From assembly GCA_964559875.1 (NCBI GenBank), contig CAZLJQ010000004.1, positions 5,820 to 69,819 on the forward strand: a stretch of 64,000 nt of DNA, given 5' to 3'. Each line of letters starts with the position of its first letter. Within the stretch, counting starts at the first letter, position 1. Source of the stretch: an uncultured Acidobacteriaceae bacterium (GTDB lineage Bacteria > Acidobacteriota > Terriglobia > Terriglobales > Acidobacteriaceae). The position numbers were made by a program, and so were the translations under genes. Below, piece by piece: positions 48,454-57,550 of the stretch. The notes below the pieces were generated by a model, which saw only the letters and a list, made by a program, of their open reading frames with translations, did no database searches and had not been told where the DNA came from.

Positions 48454-48915
48454 ATGCGCGTTCGCACCATCGCTATCGTCGTCGTTGGCGTTCTCGCCTT
48501 CTTCGCCGTAACCCACAACGTCAGGCTAGCTGACCTGCGCGATCCCCGCGCGCTGATCCTTCAAATGCATAATTCGCCATTGCGCTTCGCACTCACCACG
48601 GAGCCGAAGCCACCCAATTATGACACCCCGGTCACGCTGAAGGTGCATGTCGTCGACGCCGCCGGTAAGCCAGCCGACCGGTTGACCGTAGATGCCTATA
48701 TCTCCATGAGCAGCATGGATCACGGAAGACGACTGCTGACTCTGCGCGGAAAAGGCAATGGCGATTACGAGGGAAGGGCTGATCTCGATATGGAAGGTAC
48801 TTGGGATGTGGATCTTACGGCCATGAAGGACGGCATCAAGAGCGAACAGAGAATCAGCATCGAGGTCTTTGCCCCACCGCCTCAGAGCACTACACATGAC
48901 GATGATGATTCATAG
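48454..48915 (+). CDS. FixH/YtkA-like domain protein, paralog 2
   Basis: Same architecture and shared blocks as paralog 1 (TLKVHVVDAAGKPADRLTVDAYISM...GKGNGDYEGRADLDMEGTWDVDLTAMKDG). Confidence 0.6.
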   Translation: MRVRTIAIVVVGVLAFFAVTHNVRLADLRDPRALILQMHNSPLRFALTTEPKPPNYDTPVTLKVHVVDAAGKPADRLTVDAYISMSSMDHGRRLLTLRGKGNGDYEGRADLDMEGTWDVDLTAMKDGIKSEQRISIEVFAPPPQSTTHDDDDS

Positions 48916-50109
48916 TTAGTGGGCGTTGCGCAGTTCGATCTGTCCGGCCATGGTTCGAACTTCGATCGGCGGGCCACCGCCATGAATAGCTCCATCCGCG
49001 GAAATACTGCGCGGCCCGTACGCGGCAGTTCCTTTGGAAATCTTTAACTCCGGGAACTCGCTGAGAATGTGCCCAGTGGGACTCGTTCCGGTAACTGCAT
49101 GGATGTTGCCCGGAGCGGTGGCCGCAAAATACACCACTACGTCGCCCATCGAGGTCACCAGTTCTGAGTCGCGCATGGAATTCCGGCCACCTACAAATTC
49201 GACAGTAATGCGCCCCATGCCGGTATGAGCTTCGGCTCCCTGCGAGAGCTTCCATAGCTCAATGTTGCCTAGGGCTGTGCTTGCCACTACCCCTCCGTGA
49301 GCAACGCCAATGCGGATGTTACCGCCGCCCGTCTCAGCAGTAACCGCTCCGTCCATCTCTCCAAGATTAATGTTGCCGCCCGCCGTGCGCACCAGCAGCG
49401 GCCCCAGGCAACGCACCACTTCAATATTTCCGCCGCCGGATTGCACTCGCCCTTTGGCAATTGCCTTCAGCCAGATGCTTCCACCGAGGGAAACGATTTC
49501 AAGATCGCCCACTGAGGAATCGACGCGAATGTCGCCACCACCCGTACGAATCAAGGAATCGCCGATCCGGTGATTCACCGTGACCGAGCCGCCCATGGTC
49601 ACCGCACGTAGCAGCTCCGCATCGTCAATCTCAATGTCGCCGCCGTGAGTCTGGAGATCAAGATGCTTGACCTTGCCATGGATCGTGATCTTGCCAGCCA
49701 GGGTATCGACGTGTACGTTTTCCGCTTGAGGAAGCTGAACAATCAACTCGGCGCGAACGGCCAGTTCAAGCGGACCTACCGCTTGAAACAGAACCTCGCC
49801 TTTTCTCAGACCAACGCCGACATGAAAGTTGGCGAATTGTCTGAGCGCATCTTTTTCCAATGGCTCTTGCGAGCGCAAACGCAATGTATAACCGCTGGGC
49901 TGGGTTCCAGTCACCACCTGTATGGAACCCACAAAGCGTGGTACCTGCAGTGACTTCACACCGCTCAGAGGTCCGGTACTCTCCTGCATCCATCCGCTGC
50001 CATCGCGCACCACGCGCTGTTTGTGCTGCTCGGCCAGCGCCGGAAGCACCAGCGCAAACATCAGCAGGGCACAGCCTGCCCACGCCCCCGATCTTGCGCT
50101 TGCCCTCAC
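48916..50109 (-). CDS. DUF4097-like beta-helical protein (putative adhesin fold)
   Basis: Signal-like N-terminus and periodic rungs (HGGDIEIDD, TGGGDIRVDS, LGGSIWLKA, SGGGNIEVVR, TAGGNINLGE, TGGGNIRIGV). It is the last gene of the sigma/anti-sigma operon. Confidence 0.7.
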   Translation of the reverse strand: MRASARSGAWAGCALLMFALVLPALAEQHKQRVVRDGSGWMQESTGPLSGVKSLQVPRFVGSIQVVTGTQPSGYTLRLRSQEPLEKDALRQFANFHVGVGLRKGEVLFQAVGPLELAVRAELIVQLPQAENVHVDTLAGKITIHGKVKHLDLQTHGGDIEIDDAELLRAVTMGGSVTVNHRIGDSLIRTGGGDIRVDSSVGDLEIVSLGGSIWLKAIAKGRVQSGGGNIEVVRCLGPLLVRTAGGNINLGEMDGAVTAETGGGNIRIGVAHGGVVASTALGNIELWKLSQGAEAHTGMGRITVEFVGGRNSMRDSELVTSMGDVVVYFAATAPGNIHAVTGTSPTGHILSEFPELKISKGTAAYGPRSISADGAIHGGGPPIEVRTMAGQIELRNAH

Positions 50110-50118
50110 CGCAGTCCT

Positions 50119-51057
50119 CTACTCAACACCGGCCGCCTGCGCCAGCACGCGTGAGGATTGCTGCCTGATATATTCGTTGGGATCTTCCTTGGCCAGTTGC
50201 GCCAGAGCCTGCCGGACGCTGGTATCGTTGCGTACCGTAGCCAGCACCTTCAGCGCGCCGGCACGAACCCCGGGATTGTTGTCATTCAGTAGCGACTCCA
50301 GCATGGCATTGCGAACGCGGATATCCTGCTTCACCATCGGACTCAGCGCCTCTTCGGCCTTAAGCCGCACCCCGGGATTGCTGTCAGAACGCAAGGAATA
50401 CACCAAGCTCTCACGCACCGCCGGATCGTCGGGCTTCTGCCGCAAAAGCTCTACGGAGTCCATGCGCAGTCCCGAATTCGCCGTGCTGCGCGAAGCCATT
50501 ACCAGCAATGCCTGTATCTGCGGATCGTTCACCGAGCCCTGGACCGTCTCCGGCAGCGCCCGTTCGTAGTCAATGCGCACGCGATCGCTGCCCGGCTCCT
50601 GAATGATATTGCGAATGCCACCGATTGAAGTTTGCTGTTGCAGCTCGGCCGAAAGCGCGCCGCCATGCAGTGATGCGCTCATGCGATACATGGTGCCAAG
50701 GCCGCCGCCGAAGCCCATGATGAAAATCACCGAAGCCAGTGCGGGTGAGAAACGGACTTGCCGCAGCAGTGCCATCGGGTCCAGCGCCCACCGCCAGCCG
50801 CGATGTTGCTCCGCCATCTCCAGAGCCTCTGCAAGCTTCATGCGCGCCGACGCTAGAAGATTCGGCGTCACTTCCAGTTGCGGTACTCCACTCATTTCGC
50901 CATGGAAGGCTCGCATCGCATGCAACTCGGCGGCGCACCCGGCGCAACGCTCCGCGTGTACTTCCAACTCGTGACGTGCGTCATCGGCGAGCTCGTTGTA
51001 GAGGTAGAGCGCGATGTTTTCCCGAACCCACTCGCAATTCATAAGCGCCTTCTTCAA
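50119..51057 (-). CDS. Anti-sigma factor (zf-HC2) with one TM and a C-terminal HEAT-repeat domain
   Basis: zf-HC2 motif (HELEVHAERCAGCAAEL), a TM helix (FSPALASVIFIMGFGGGLG) and HEAT-like units (DSNPGVRLKAEEAL, DNNPGVRAGALKVL). The start is TTG at 51057 or ATG at 51042. Confidence 0.75.
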   Translation of the reverse strand: MKKALMNCEWVRENIALYLYNELADDARHELEVHAERCAGCAAELHAMRAFHGEMSGVPQLEVTPNLLASARMKLAEALEMAEQHRGWRWALDPMALLRQVRFSPALASVIFIMGFGGGLGTMYRMSASLHGGALSAELQQQTSIGGIRNIIQEPGSDRVRIDYERALPETVQGSVNDPQIQALLVMASRSTANSGLRMDSVELLRQKPDDPAVRESLVYSLRSDSNPGVRLKAEEALSPMVKQDIRVRNAMLESLLNDNNPGVRAGALKVLATVRNDTSVRQALAQLAKEDPNEYIRQQSSRVLAQAAGVE

Positions 51058-51084
51058 CGTGCACCTTTATTACCTAAAATCGGG

Positions 51085-51681
51085 CTACTTCAAGTCGGCC
51101 AGTGCCGCCCTCAACTTCTGTGTTGCGCGGAACAGCGTGTTCTTAGCCGTCTCTTCCGTGGTATTCAGGGCTTCGCCGATAGTGCGCAGCTTCAACCCCT
51201 GGTAATGCTTCATCTCAAATACCATGCGCTCGCGCGGACTCAGCTTGGATAATGCCCGGGCGATGCGTTTGCCCAACTCGCGCCGCATCAGGTCCTGCTC
51301 AGGACTGGCCCCCGCACGTACGTCCGGAAGTTGCTCCAGCAGATCGAACTCTTCACCTTCCGAGCTGACCCGCACCGAAGGTTCCTCTTTGCGGACCTGC
51401 TTCCGCCGCAGATAATCCATGCACAAGTTGGAAACGATCCGGTACACCCATGTGTAAAACGAACACTCGAAGCGAAAGCTCCCCAGGTTGCGATACACCT
51501 TCAGAAACGCTTCCTGGTAAATATCTTTGGCGTCGTGCTCAGAGCCGGTGAGATGCAACGCCAGCCGCAGTACCGGCTGATCGTACTGGCGCACCAGTTC
51601 CTCGAACGCAGCATGATCTCCCTGCTGCGCCGCGCGAATCAGTTCGGCGTCGTTTACCCGATCCGGGCCCAGCCCCACCAT
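51085..51681 (-). CDS. ECF-type RNA polymerase sigma-70 factor
   Basis: Region 2 (DAKDIYQEAFLKVYRNLGSFR) and region 4 HTH (PRERMVFEMKHYQGLKLRTIGEALNTTEETAKNTLFRA). The ATG at 51681 follows AAGGA. Confidence 0.85.
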   Translation of the reverse strand: MVGLGPDRVNDAELIRAAQQGDHAAFEELVRQYDQPVLRLALHLTGSEHDAKDIYQEAFLKVYRNLGSFRFECSFYTWVYRIVSNLCMDYLRRKQVRKEEPSVRVSSEGEEFDLLEQLPDVRAGASPEQDLMRRELGKRIARALSKLSPRERMVFEMKHYQGLKLRTIGEALNTTEETAKNTLFRATQKLRAALADLK

Positions 51682-51807
51682 ACTTTCCTTAGGGGAATCT
51701 TCGCTTTGCCCGGCGCCGCCGTCTTCCGTGCCCGCCCCGCTGAGGCAGAGCACGGTTATGAGTTGGACGGTACAAAGCTCACTCCGTTAGCAATCTATTT
51801 TGCAATC

Positions 51808-51845
51808 CTAAATGCAGAAAGGCCAGCGCTCACCGGCGCCGGCCT
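51808..51845 (-). terminator. Intrinsic terminator after rplI
   Basis: On the minus strand, AGGCCGGCGC-CGGTGA-GCGCTGGCCT (10 bp with one G-T pair) followed by TTCTGCATTT. Confidence 0.55.
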
Positions 51846-51869
51846 CCGCAGAATCAATTCGCCCACAGC

Positions 51870-52334
51870 TTAGGCGGTTTGTTCTTCGCTATCCTGCTTC
51901 GTTATAGTCACCTTAATCTGCACCGTGACTTCCTTGTGCAACTTGATGGCGACGCTGAACTCGCCCAACGATTTCAACGGTTGATCGAGCTCGATCTTGC
52001 GGCGGTCGATGTTGAATCCGCGGCCTTCGAGTTCGTGCGCAATGTCGGACGAAGTCACCGAACCGAACAGCGCATTATTTTCACCGGCCTTGCGGACAAA
52101 GTGCAGGCTTACGCCGTCAAACTGTTTGGCCAGCAGTTCGGCATCGCCTTTTTCCTTAGCCAGCTTGCGTACCGAGGAGGCTTTCATCTGGTCGATGACC
52201 GCCTTGTTCGCCTGGGTCGCTTCAACGGCGAGCTTCTTAGGCAGCAGGTAGTTGCGGCCATAACCTTCAGCCACACTTACCACTTCGCCACGCGCGCCAA
52301 GCTTGACCACATCCTCTTTCAGAATAACTTCCAT
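51870..52334 (-). CDS. rplI: 50S ribosomal protein L9
   Basis: MEVILKEDVVKLGARGEVVSVAEGYGRNYLLPKKLA. Confidence 0.95.
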   Translation of the reverse strand: MEVILKEDVVKLGARGEVVSVAEGYGRNYLLPKKLAVEATQANKAVIDQMKASSVRKLAKEKGDAELLAKQFDGVSLHFVRKAGENNALFGSVTSSDIAHELEGRGFNIDRRKIELDQPLKSLGEFSVAIKLHKEVTVQIKVTITKQDSEEQTA

Positions 52335-52395
52335 GACTCAATCCCTCTCTAATCTCGAGCGACCGCGCGCCGCAACCAGGCAGCGACGACGGAGT

Positions 52396-52758
52396 CTAAC
52401 GGGTGGCCGCGAAGGGCAGCAAAGCGATGTTGCGTGCCTGCTTAATGGCCTCGGTAACGCGGCGTTGATGGGGCGTACAGACACCCGTCAGGCGGCGAGG
52501 TACGATCTTGCCGCTCTCTGCCACGAAGCCGGAGAGCAGACGAACGTCCTTGTAATTAATATTGTCGATCTTCTCGGTGCAGAACTTGCAGACCTTCTTG
52601 CGCCGGAAGAATTTGCGGCCACCGTCGCGGCCGCTGCCGCCGGGACGGCCGCCTTGGCGCGGTCCCGAGGAACGGGGACCGGAGGGACGCGCGCCGCCCT
52701 CGGGTGCCGCTGCTTCGGATCTCTCCGGAGCTGTCTGTTTGGTGCTCTCGTCTGCCAT
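52396..52758 (-). CDS. rpsR: 30S ribosomal protein S18 with a Gly/Arg/Pro-rich N-terminal extension
   Basis: AAGGAG RBS 4 nt before the ATG at 52758. Conserved core: [62 protein letters not shown]. Confidence 0.9.
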   Translation of the reverse strand: MADESTKQTAPERSEAAAPEGGARPSGPRSSGPRQGGRPGGSGRDGGRKFFRRKKVCKFCTEKIDNINYKDVRLLSGFVAESGKIVPRRLTGVCTPHQRRVTEAIKQARNIALLPFAATR

Positions 52759-52851
52759 AACTCTCCTTGTTGGCGCCCAAGGCGCCGAATCTTTCACCAA
52801 TGTTTGGCGCACTGCTCACTCGCGCTACCCGCCCGCAGGCGAGCCGCTTGC

Positions 52852-53397
52852 CTATACCGTCGCCGGAGGGACTTCCGCCGGAGCTTCTTCGGAAACGGGT
52901 GCCGGCTCCACTGCCTGCACCGCCAAGGCTGCCGCGTTTTCGACCGTCTGGGCTGCCAAGGCTGCTGCGTTTTCAGCCGCTTGGGCTGCCACGGCAGTCG
53001 CATTTTCAGCCGCCTGGGCTGCCGCCGCGGCTGCGGCCTGGCCCTGCACTCCTTGGCCCTTGACCTTGGCGTCGCGCAGCTTCTTGACCTTTGCCAGACG
53101 CTTCTCTTCCTCGTCGGTGCGAACGGTAATAAACTTGATTACCAATTCCTGCACGCGCAGGCGGCGCTCCAGTTCCTTGAGCACCGAGCCCGGACCCTCC
53201 ACAAAGGCCAGAATGTAGATACCATCCTGAAACTTCTTGACTGTGTAAGCCAGGCGGCGCTTGCCCATACGCTCAAAGCCGGTCACCTTGCCACCGGTGG
53301 CGGCAACGTTGGTCTCCATCGTCTGGAGAAGGCGATCCACATCCTCCTCGGGCGTATCCGGGCGAAGGATGAACATCACTTCATATTTACGATCCAT
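52852..53397 (-). CDS. rpsF: 30S ribosomal protein S6 with an Ala-rich repetitive C-terminal tail
   Basis: MDRKYEVMFILRPD...RRLAY core, followed by a tail of about 70 aa containing AAQAAENATAV / AAQAAENAAAL / AAQTVENAAAL. Confidence 0.9.
   Translation of the reverse strand: MDRKYEVMFILRPDTPEEDVDRLLQTMETNVAATGGKVTGFERMGKRRLAYTVKKFQDGIYILAFVEGPGSVLKELERRLRVQELVIKFITVRTDEEEKRLAKVKKLRDAKVKGQGVQGQAAAAAAAQAAENATAVAAQAAENAAALAAQTVENAAALAVQAVEPAPVSEEAPAEVPPATV
52924..53022. repeat. Three tandem 33-nt repeats inside the rpsF 3' region
   Basis: Units start at 52924, 52957 and 52990 (CAAGGCTGCCGCGTTTTCGACCGTCTGGGCTGC and variants), with a more degenerate fourth unit upstream of 52924. They encode the 11-aa Ala-rich repeat of S6. 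Confidence 0.75.
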
Positions 53398-53437
53398 CTG
53401 TTCTCTCCTGGGCTGCGCTGGCGCTTGCCCTCAATCT

Positions 53438-54031
53438 TTACTCCGCTTGTCCGGCCTCGTTCACTTTCTGATTGAACCGGTTCATCGCGGCTGACGCTCC
53501 CAGCGTCAAAATCATTCGAACTGCTTCACTGCTCGCGTCCAGGGCCTCGTCGGCCAATGGCAGTTGCGCCTTCCGCATCGGCGACAGCAGGTAATCCCTG
53601 CCATTCGTCAGCTTGTACTCCGGCGCGACCCCAAGGCGGATCCGCAGAAACTCCTGCAAACCGCCCAGACAGGCGATGATCGACTTCATCCCGTTGTGTC
53701 CGCCTGCGCTTCCGCGCTCGCGAACCCGGATGGAGCCGAACGGGAGTGCCAGCTCGTCATACAACACAATCAGGTCCTTCTCCGGATCCGCTTCATAGCG
53801 GTCCACTAATTCCCTGACCGACTCGCCGCTGAGGTTCATGTAGGTTTCAGGCTTGGCCAGCAGCACAGGCTGCCCCTCCAAGATTGCCCTCGCCGTAACT
53901 GCCTTGCAGTGGCGGTTTGCAAGCTTCACTCCGCACTGCCCGGCGATGCGATCCACCGCCAGATACCCCATGTTGTGCGGTGTGAACTGGTACTCGATGC
54001 CCGGATTTCCGAGCCCGACAATCAGTTTCAC
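53438..54031 (-). CDS. pth: Peptidyl-tRNA hydrolase
   Basis: MKLIVGLGNPGIEYQFTPHNMGY and GGHNGMKSI motifs. Confidence 0.9.
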   Translation of the reverse strand: MKLIVGLGNPGIEYQFTPHNMGYLAVDRIAGQCGVKLANRHCKAVTARAILEGQPVLLAKPETYMNLSGESVRELVDRYEADPEKDLIVLYDELALPFGSIRVRERGSAGGHNGMKSIIACLGGLQEFLRIRLGVAPEYKLTNGRDYLLSPMRKAQLPLADEALDASSEAVRMILTLGASAAMNRFNQKVNEAGQAE

Positions 54032-54091
54032 CGTCCCGCCTCTCCCCTAGCCGCGGGCCCGCCAGACCGTGCCGGCGAGCCCATCACGGTG

Positions 54092-54787
54092 TTACTTCTT
54101 CTTCGTTTCCTTTGCGTCCTTCGCATCCGGTTCCGTCTCTACCTTGCCCTTCTTAATGACTTCAGGCTCGGCAGTTACGGCAGCAGCAGTCTCATCCGCA
54201 GGTGCCGCGACTACTTCTTCCTTCACAAAGGTAATGTGCACAACCAATGCATCGGGATCATTCAAGTACTTCACCGAAGCGGTCTGTTGCAACTCGGAGA
54301 CGCGAATCGCATCGCCCACGCCGAGATTGGTTACGTCTACCGTAATGTGGCTCGGAATGTCCGCAGGCAGGCACTCGATCTGGATTTCACGGAGCACCAG
54401 ATCCAGCAGGCCGCCCTCTTCCTTGGTGCCCTTGGCTTCGCCCTCAATGTGCACCGGAACCGAGAGACGCATCTTCTGATCCATGGCGATGCGCTTCAGG
54501 TCGACGTGCAGAAGGCTTCCCTTCAGCGGTTCGTACTGCCAATCCACCACCATCGCCTTGGCATCTTCGCCCTCAATGTTGAGATCGAAGATCGTGTTGT
54601 GACCCGAGGCCGAACGCAGAATCTTTAGAATCTGTTTCGGATCCACGGCGATTGCTCGCGGGTCTTTCTTTGCGCCGTACAGCACCGCAGGAATCAAACC
54701 CGTGGTGCGCAGACGGCGCGCGGCGTTTTTGTCGGAAGCTTCACGGAGCTTTGCTTCCACTGTGTTTGTTGCAGTTGCGGTTGCCAT
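54092..54787 (-). CDS. rplY: 50S ribosomal protein L25 / general stress protein Ctc
   Basis: ARRLRTTGLIPAVLYG N-terminal motif, the two-domain Ctc form and an acidic/Lys-rich tail. Confidence 0.9.
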   Translation of the reverse strand: MATATATNTVEAKLREASDKNAARRLRTTGLIPAVLYGAKKDPRAIAVDPKQILKILRSASGHNTIFDLNIEGEDAKAMVVDWQYEPLKGSLLHVDLKRIAMDQKMRLSVPVHIEGEAKGTKEEGGLLDLVLREIQIECLPADIPSHITVDVTNLGVGDAIRVSELQQTASVKYLNDPDALVVHITFVKEEVVAAPADETAAAVTAEPEVIKKGKVETEPDAKDAKETKKK

Positions 54788-54853
54788 CAGTTTCCGTTCC
54801 TTCTACGTCTGGGTTCACGTCGAAGCTTCGGCGCGCACCGTGCGCGTCAGAGC

Positions 54854-55930
54854 TTAGCTAAACAGCTTGCTCACCGAGGTCTCTTCGTGGATCGACTGGA
54901 TCGCACGCGCGATGAGACCGGCGATCGAAAGCACCTTGATCTTCGGTTCCTTCTGTCCCGCTTCGCTCAGCGGAATTGTGTTAGTTACAATCAGCTCTTT
55001 CAGGTTCGACTTGGCAATCCGCTCCAGAGCCGGGCCGGAAAGCACTGCATGAGAAGCGCAGGCATAGACCGCAATTGCGCCGTTGTCCAGCATCGCCTGC
55101 GCAGTCTTCACCAGCGTTCCTGCTGTGTCCACAATGTCATCCAGAATCAGGCATGTGCGCCCACGCACGTCGCCGATTACATTCATCACTTCGGTTACGT
55201 TGATCTCCGTGCGGCGTTTATCCACGATGGCCATCGGAGCATCCATCTTCTTGGCGAAGAAGCGGGCGCGCTCCACGCCACCGGCATCGGGAGAGATCAC
55301 CGTCAGATTGGGTAGCGCCCGTTTACGGAAGTGATCCACCAGAACGGGTGAAGCAAACAGGTGATCGACAGGTATATTGAAGAAACCCTGAATCTGCGGC
55401 GCGTGCAGATCCACCACCAGTGCGCGATTGGCTCCGGCCGTGGTCAAGATGTCGGCCACCAGTTTAGAACTGATCGGAACCCTCGGCTTATCCTTGCGGT
55501 CCTGCCGGGCATAACCAAAATACGGAATCACAACCGTGATGCGACGCGCCGACGCGCGCTTGAGTGCATCGATAATCAGCAGCAGTTGCACCAAATTGTG
55601 CGAGACCGGATCGCAGGTGGGTTGAATGATGAAAACATCAGAGCCGCGCACGTTCTCCAGAATCTGCACATAAATCTCGCCATCGGAGAACTGCGTAAGA
55701 AAGGTCTGTCCGAGTGGCAGTCCGAGAAAATCGCAAACCTCTTTGGCAAGAGCCGGATTCGCGGTACCGCAGAAAATTCTGAGCTTATCTTCACGGCGCG
55801 TGGGCACCGGTTTCTTGTCGCTTTTGGACTGTTCGGTGCCTTTCGCAGGCGTGGCTACTCCTGCCTCCGGCGCTGTTTGCGTGGCCTCGGCTGTGGCTGT
55901 CATCTCACTCGGCTTGACTACTGCGTCCAT
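54854..55930 (-). CDS. prs: Ribose-phosphate pyrophosphokinase
   Basis: LRIFCGTANPALAKEV, the PRPP loop (LILDDIVDTAGT) and YFGYARQDRK. An apparent N-terminal extension of about 45 aa precedes the core. An internal GTG at 55808 is an alternative start but lacks an RBS. Confidence 0.9.
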   Translation of the reverse strand: MDAVVKPSEMTATAEATQTAPEAGVATPAKGTEQSKSDKKPVPTRREDKLRIFCGTANPALAKEVCDFLGLPLGQTFLTQFSDGEIYVQILENVRGSDVFIIQPTCDPVSHNLVQLLLIIDALKRASARRITVVIPYFGYARQDRKDKPRVPISSKLVADILTTAGANRALVVDLHAPQIQGFFNIPVDHLFASPVLVDHFRKRALPNLTVISPDAGGVERARFFAKKMDAPMAIVDKRRTEINVTEVMNVIGDVRGRTCLILDDIVDTAGTLVKTAQAMLDNGAIAVYACASHAVLSGPALERIAKSNLKELIVTNTIPLSEAGQKEPKIKVLSIAGLIARAIQSIHEETSVSKLFS

Positions 55931-56073
55931 CGCTATCTCCGCTGTGGGGACTGGTTGATCCCTTGCTTGATTCGCGTAATCTCCAAGTTGGCCGCCGCGA
56001 CGTCATTCACGGCACGACCAGCCTGGGAGCGGTACTGGCTGCAACATTTCTCCGACTCATCGACCTGGAATTC

Positions 56074-56147
56074 TGGCTGGGCGGCCAGGATTCGAACCTG
56101 GACGAAGTGCTCCAAAGGCACTTGACCTACCATTAGTCTACCGCCCA
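56074..56147 (-). tRNA. tRNA-Gln (anticodon UUG), CCA encoded
   Basis: Manual cloverleaf on the minus strand: TGGGCGG-TA-GACT-AATGGTA-GGTC-A-AGTGC-CTTTGGA-GCACT-TCGT-CCAGG-TTCGAAT-CCTGG-CCGCCCA-G-CCA. It has the U1:A72 pair and G73 discriminator typical of tRNA-Gln. Confidence 0.85.
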
Positions 56148-56170
56148 GTGGGGCAAGATTCGCCGAATCG

Positions 56171-57154
56171 CTACTTTGCAAATCTCTGCGCGCGATACTG
56201 ACTACGCGGCAGCGTTTCGGTGACCGTGACTGCCAAGCCTTCCGCGCTCATCTGCTCGGCTGCCTGAACCGCGCGCTCGCGTGTGCGGTACAAACCGAAC
56301 ATCGTTGAGCCCGATCCAGAGAGCGAGGCATAATCAGCGCCTTCGCGCTCAAGTACACGCTTCACATCGCGCAATTCGGGATATTGCGGAAAGACGACTC
56401 TTTCGAAATCGTTTTCTATCCCGGCTCGGACGAGGTCGAGAAGCGGTGTCTCGGCCCGGTCCCCGCCACACTCAGCGGGAACACCGGATACATCCAGGTA
56501 GCTCAACCACTCAAATGCAGAGCGGTTGAACTTAGATAGTGTAACGGAGCCGGAAGGGGGCGTCAAATTCCATGCCGCGGCTTCACTCTCCATGAACGCA
56601 TCCCAATCGCGAAAAGCCTGCGGCGTGGAGACCGCAACAGCAGGCGACACCAGCACACATGCGAGCGTGGGAAGATCGGCCAGCGGATAAACTTGTTCGC
56701 CGCGTCCGAGGCCGAGCACGCATCCGCCCAGCAGGAACAACGGAAGATCGGAACCTACTTCGGCGCAGATACGCAGCCGCTCGTCGGGCGGAAGCGGCTC
56801 CTTAAGTTCGCGCTCAAGAGCGAACATGGTAGCCACAGCATTGGATGAACCGGCTCCGAGTCCGCCCTGCACGGGAAGATTTTTTTCGATGGTGATGACG
56901 AGTTTGGCGCGCTGCTTCCAGTGGCGCAACATGCGGTCGGCGACACGATAGCAGGTGTTCGTTTCATCGCATGGAACCTGGGGATTCTTGCAGCGGATCT
57001 CGATGCCGTTGCCGCGCGAAGCCTCGATGCGAACTACATCGTGGGCGGCGACCGTTTGGTAAATCGTCTCCAGAGCATGGTAGCCATCTGGACGCGAGGG
57101 ACCGATAGCTAATCCGAGATTGATTTTCGCAAAAGAGCGAACTGTTACGGCCAT
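56171..57154 (-). CDS. ispE: 4-diphosphocytidyl-2-C-methyl-D-erythritol kinase
   Basis: FAKINLGLAIGPSRPDGYHALETIYQTV and the GHMP motif GGLGAGSSNAVA. Confidence 0.9.
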   Translation of the reverse strand: MAVTVRSFAKINLGLAIGPSRPDGYHALETIYQTVAAHDVVRIEASRGNGIEIRCKNPQVPCDETNTCYRVADRMLRHWKQRAKLVITIEKNLPVQGGLGAGSSNAVATMFALERELKEPLPPDERLRICAEVGSDLPLFLLGGCVLGLGRGEQVYPLADLPTLACVLVSPAVAVSTPQAFRDWDAFMESEAAAWNLTPPSGSVTLSKFNRSAFEWLSYLDVSGVPAECGGDRAETPLLDLVRAGIENDFERVVFPQYPELRDVKRVLEREGADYASLSGSGSTMFGLYRTRERAVQAAEQMSAEGLAVTVTETLPRSQYRAQRFAK

Positions 57155-57518
57155 ACAAGGATTCTACGCGTCAGGGCCAGGGAAAACAGCATGGTTCTTG
57201 AAGCCGCATAAATGCTGGATGAAACGAGATACGGCGACAGAATACAACGAAAAGTGGTGAGCGGGGGGATTCCGCCGAAAGGGGGCAACGATTGACTGAT
57301 TGGATAATCGTGGGTTTATGAGAAAGTCAATGGTTGCGCGGATTTGCGAACGATTGGCTTTCTGGTGAACCTGGGCGACAAAACATTGGCGCATTGGTAT
57401 ATGGTTCCGGCGGAGAAGCGATGGCTTGTGAATGGATGGATGAAGATTTTTCGGCGGGCTGCTAACAAGCGAAGCGGTGGCGCGTCTAACAGACATACGA
57501 AGGACCTCCTCTGATGAC

Positions 57519-57550
57519 TGAGGCGTGGATTGAATCCGCGTCTCTTTTTT
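57519..57550 (+). terminator. Strong intrinsic terminator inside the ispE/dsbA intergenic region
   Basis: GAGGCGTGGA-TTGAA-TCCGCGTCTC (10-bp stem with two G-U pairs) followed by seven T residues (57544-57550). There is no T-run on the opposite strand. Confidence 0.65.

Noticed and set aside
52303-53475. 390-aa plus-strand ORF
   Set aside because: It is antisense to rpsR and rpsF. The ribosomal protein frames are unmistakable.
55361-56125. 254-aa plus-strand ORF
   Set aside because: It is antisense to prs and runs into the tRNA-Gln gene.
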